From: an uncultured virus (IMG/VR IMGVR_UViG_3300042992_000372)
Lineage: Duplodnaviria; Heunggongvirae; Uroviricota; Caudoviricetes
Length of the DNA: 20,000 bases
Strand: one strand, 5' to 3'
Virus record (IMG/VR): IMGVR_UViG_3300042992_000372
In this document: in pieces, positions 17,225 through 20,000 of the stretch
Numbering within the stretch: position 1 is the first letter of the stretch
How the letters are laid out: each line of letters starts with the position of its first letter
Notes under the pieces: model-generated
Told to the model about the DNA's origin: nothing
Seen by the model: the letters and a program-made list of their open reading frames with translations, nothing else
The model's database searches: none
Translations under genes and position numbers: made by a program

Positions 17225-17238
17225 TTATTTTGTATATT
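17225..17238 (+). promoter_or_regulatory. Recurrent motif TTATTTTGTATATT copy 3 (candidate promoter for scaffold and MCP)
   Basis: Exact 14-nt match to 9477-9490, in the 95-nt gap after the portal gene. Confidence 0.65.
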
Positions 17239-17262
17239 AAATTATAACCAAAACCAACAGTA

Positions 17263-18525
17263 ATGGAAGAAACCAACAAAAAGCCTGAAGATCAGGTACA
17301 AGACTCTACAACGGTAGGTCAGGTAGATGTAAACATTGATGAACTATTTGGAATGCCTGGGGCAGAGAATGTAATGTTACCCTCAGATACTGATAGTTCA
17401 AATGACAGTCCAAAGTCTGTGTTCTCAAAAACACAGGATTTAGACACCACGTTCCTTGACAAGAAAGATGATAATCCTGATCCAGCAGCACCAGTATCAG
17501 CAAAGCAAGTTGATGAAGCAATAGCTCAACTTGATGACATGATTAGTCAAGAAGAAGAAACTGGTAACAAAGGAAGACCTAAAGTAGATAAGTCCGGTCT
17601 TTCTGAGCTAGCCCTAAAGATGATTGAAGAAGGTACACTTATTCCCTTTGATGATGACAAACCATTAGAGGAATATACTACTAAAGACTTCAGAGAATTA
17701 TTTGAAGCTAACTTCCAAGAAAGAGAGAATAAGATCAGACAAGATACTCCAAGAGAGTTCTTTCAATCTCTTCCTGAAGAACTTCAAGTAGCAGCTAAAT
17801 ATGTAGCTGATGGTGGTACAGATTTAAAAGCTCTCTTTAGAACTCTTGCAGAGGTAGAAGAAGTAATTGATCTAGATCCAAGTAATGAGTATGATCAAGC
17901 AGAGATTGCAAGACAATACTTATATGCTAAAAGATTTGGCTCTCCAGAAGAGATTGAAGCTGAAATCAATGACTGGGCCGATATGGGTAAACTAGAAGCA
18001 AAAGCTCAACAGTTTAAACCACAGTTAGACAGAATGCAAGAAGAAGTAGTAGCTAGAAAACTTGCAGAACAAGAGCACAAAAAAGAACAACAAGCTCAAC
18101 AAGCAAGAGTATACACAGAGAATGTGTATAACACACTTGTTGCAGGTGACTTAAATGGAATTAAACTTGATAAGAAAACCCAGAGTATGTTATACTCAGG
18201 ATTAGTACAACCAAGTTATCCATCTATCTCTGGAAGACAAACTAACTTATTAGGACATCTTTTAGAAAAGTATCAGTTTGTAGAACCAAGACATGATCTT
18301 ATTTCAGAAGCTCTTTGGTTACTTTCTGATCCAGAAGGATACAAAGGCAAGATTAAAGAACAAGGTTCTAAGGCTGCTGTAGAGAAAACAGTTAGACAAC
18401 TTAAAACAGAAGAGGCAAGAAAAATTACTTCTTCTTCAATACAAGAGTCTGATGAACCAAGAAGAGCGGGTAATAAACCGCAAAGAACACTCTCAAGACC
18501 AAATAATTTGTTCAAGAGATTTTAA
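17263..18525 (+). CDS. Putative capsid scaffolding/assembly protein (conserved gene between portal and MCP)
   Basis: Acidic, low-complexity N-terminus, helical coiled-coil middle, basic C-terminus ending in FKRF, located immediately upstream of the MCP. Confidence 0.65.
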   Translation: MEETNKKPEDQVQDSTTVGQVDVNIDELFGMPGAENVMLPSDTDSSNDSPKSVFSKTQDLDTTFLDKKDDNPDPAAPVSAKQVDEAIAQLDDMISQEEETGNKGRPKVDKSGLSELALKMIEEGTLIPFDDDKPLEEYTTKDFRELFEANFQERENKIRQDTPREFFQSLPEELQVAAKYVADGGTDLKALFRTLAEVEEVIDLDPSNEYDQAEIARQYLYAKRFGSPEEIEAEINDWADMGKLEAKAQQFKPQLDRMQEEVVARKLAEQEHKKEQQAQQARVYTENVYNTLVAGDLNGIKLDKKTQSMLYSGLVQPSYPSISGRQTNLLGHLLEKYQFVEPRHDLISEALWLLSDPEGYKGKIKEQGSKAAVEKTVRQLKTEEARKITSSSIQESDEPRRAGNKPQRTLSRPNNLFKRF

Positions 18526-18553
18526 TTAGTAACAATTTAAATTAATATATACA

Positions 18554-20000
18554 ATGGCAACTCCAGTAATGAACAATGGTATATTCCTCAGGGATACCGC
18601 TTACAATGCAAGTTCCCATGTGGATTCTTACCACTTGGTGAATATGCTGAAAGATGCAGAGCCAATGGACCTTGGTCCAGTGGATCTATGGGCTATGGCT
18701 CAAAAAGTTGAAATGCCTCTTTATCAGATGTCTTCATTTGGTGGCAAAAATGTTATCATGGTAGATAACGCACGTGGGGAATACAGATGGCAAACTCCGG
18801 TTTCTATTGACCTTCCTTACATTGTTGAGGATATTGAACCAGACAACAACTTCAAAGGTGTTGATGGTACTACATTCCGTATCAAACTTAACAAAAGAGA
18901 ATTTGGACATGGTGATATCATCACTTATGACAAATACAATGGTGTTGAGATGTACATTACACAAGAAGATATTCTTCCTTTAGGTGATGGTTACATCTAT
19001 ACTGTTCAGTTAGTAAACAACGACAACTATAAATATCTTGATGACAAGTATTTAGCTAACGGTACTAAAGTATTCCGTAAAGGTTCTGCACGTGGTGAGT
19101 ATGGTGAGAGATTCTCTGACATCATTACTAATGCAGGTTTCCGTGAATTCTACAACTACGTAGGTGGTGCAGAAGCTCACGTTCACTACTCTATCTCTAG
19201 CCGTGCTGACTTGATGATCAAAGGTGGAATGAATGCAGATGGTTCAGTTCCTGTAACTGAGATCTGGAGATCATATGACAAAACTATGGATCCATCAATT
19301 TCTTCTTTGGAAGACATGGTTAAAGTAATGGGTAAAGACTCTGTTAAAAAAGCATTTGACAACGGTAACTTGTCACGTACTTTCTTAACAAACATGGAAG
19401 CAGCTCACTTGAGCAAAATTGCAACTGACATTGAGACTTACTTAATGTGGGGACATGGTGGTAGAGTTCGTCAAGATGGTCCAGATGATGTTAGATTGTC
19501 TGTGGGTCTTTGGAAGCAGTTGGATAACTCATTCAAAAGAGTATACAACAAAAACAACTTCACACTTGACTTGTTCCGTTCTGAGATCTACAACTTCTTC
19601 AATGGTAAAGTTGAATTCCAAGGTCCAGATCCAAAACGTAGCCTAGTTGTACAAACTGGTATGGGTGGTATGAGAATGGTTAATGAGGCTATCAAACAAG
19701 AGGCTATCTCTTCTGGTCTTCTTATCCAGGCTGCTGATATCGGTGCAATCACTGGTAAAGGTATGGACTTGAACTTTGGTTTTGCATATACTTCATATGT
19801 AATCCCATTCTTGGCAAATGTTAAGTTTGTTCTTAACCCAGCATTTGACAATGTTCATACAAATGATATTGAGAACCCAATCATTGATGGTTTCCCATTA
19901 TCTTCTTACTCATTCATTATCTTTGATATCACTGACAATACTAATGACAACATCTTCTTGTTGAAATTGTCTTGGGATAATCAATTGAAATGGTGGTATC
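18554..20000 (+). CDS. Major capsid protein, 3'-truncated (at least 482 aa; not in the ORF track)
   Basis: ATG at 18554 opens MATPVMNNGIFLRDTAY...GEYRWQ...DGTTFRIKLNKREF...YIYTVQL...ETYLMWG.GG...GLWKQL...VVQTGMGGM...NPAFDN...FIIFDIT, which stays open to the window end. Position, crAss-like MCP character and highly-expressed-type codons (TTC, AAC, TAC, CGT) support the call. Confidence 0.88.
   Translation, partial: MATPVMNNGIFLRDTAYNASSHVDSYHLVNMLKDAEPMDLGPVDLWAMAQKVEMPLYQMSSFGGKNVIMVDNARGEYRWQTPVSIDLPYIVEDIEPDNNFKGVDGTTFRIKLNKREFGHGDIITYDKYNGVEMYITQEDILPLGDGYIYTVQLVNNDNYKYLDDKYLANGTKVFRKGSARGEYGERFSDIITNAGFREFYNYVGGAEAHVHYSISSRADLMIKGGMNADGSVPVTEIWRSYDKTMDPSISSLEDMVKVMGKDSVKKAFDNGNLSRTFLTNMEAAHLSKIATDIETYLMWGHGGRVRQDGPDDVRLSVGLWKQLDNSFKRVYNKNNFTLDLFRSEIYNFFNGKVEFQGPDPKRSLVVQTGMGGMRMVNEAIKQEAISSGLLIQAADIGAITGKGMDLNFGFAYTSYVIPFLANVKFVLNPAFDNVHTNDIENPIIDGFPLSSYSFIIFDITDNTNDNIFLLKLSWDNQLKWWY

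Larger units (their letters stand above)
1..20000 (+). mobile_element. Segment of a crAss-like (Crassvirales-related) bacteriophage genome: fibre, lysis, packaging and head modules
   Basis: Gene order TerL (735 aa), large portal (914 aa), acidic scaffold-like protein, MCP, preceded by HU/IHF-like, wHTH and PD-(D/E)XK genes, resembles crAss-like phages. All genes are co-oriented, there are no obvious Shine-Dalgarno motifs, and Bacteroidota-type TAnnTTTG elements are present. No integrase or att site is visible, so free phage versus prophage cannot be decided. Confidence 0.85.

Noticed and set aside
7177..19851. Minus-strand and nested ORFs over the lysis, terminase, portal, scaffold and MCP genes (for example 7177..7479, 10499..10888, 12214..12435, 15023..15316, 18774..18983, 19588..19851)
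   Set aside because: They overlap well-supported + strand genes, show no recognisable motifs, and have antisense-like composition.
1..20000. Genome-wide stop-codon reassignment (TAG=Gln or TGA=Trp), known in some crAss-like phages
   Set aside because: All long genes, including Gln-rich collagen and portal, are intact in code 11. TAG ends five genes, and the four TGA stops all lie in ATGA start/stop overlaps.
12210..20000. Introns or inteins in TerL, portal or MCP
   Set aside because: The ORFs are continuous, with no visible intein splice motifs or homing-endonuclease inserts.
1..20000. tRNA or other structured RNA genes
   Set aside because: Intergenic gaps are at most about 110 nt and are occupied by terminator/promoter motifs. 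No cloverleaf or T-loop signature was seen in them.

Overview
The window is an AT-rich, densely coding segment of a tailed dsDNA phage genome, with every credible gene on the + strand in standard code 11. It is most consistent with a crAss-like (Crassvirales-related) phage of a Bacteroidota host. From left to right it contains: (1) the 3' part of a very long collagen-like fibre gene (<1..3824, at least 1273 aa; the ORF track shows only its last 606 aa), with an internal C1q/TNF-like domain, 301 uninterrupted Gly-X-Y triplets and a Cys-rich C-terminal domain; (2) a three-domain protein (GH130/GT91-like beta-propeller + TPR + FkbM-like methyltransferase); (3) an unusually large lysis/membrane cassette of seven small membrane or secreted proteins plus a peptidase M15 endolysin, two small ORFs and an intrinsic terminator; (4) small DNA-related genes (wHTH, HU/IHF-like, Cys-rich Zn-binding, PD-(D/E)XK nuclease, candidate small terminase); (5) the head module: large terminase, portal, scaffold-like protein and major capsid protein (18554..>20000, missing from the ORF track). 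The most interesting candidate system is the Thr-rich, Pro-poor, almost uncharged collagen fibre next to a putative glycan-building/methylating enzyme, which suggests a phage-encoded glycosylated collagen fibre. All functional calls come from motif recognition by eye, not from database searches.
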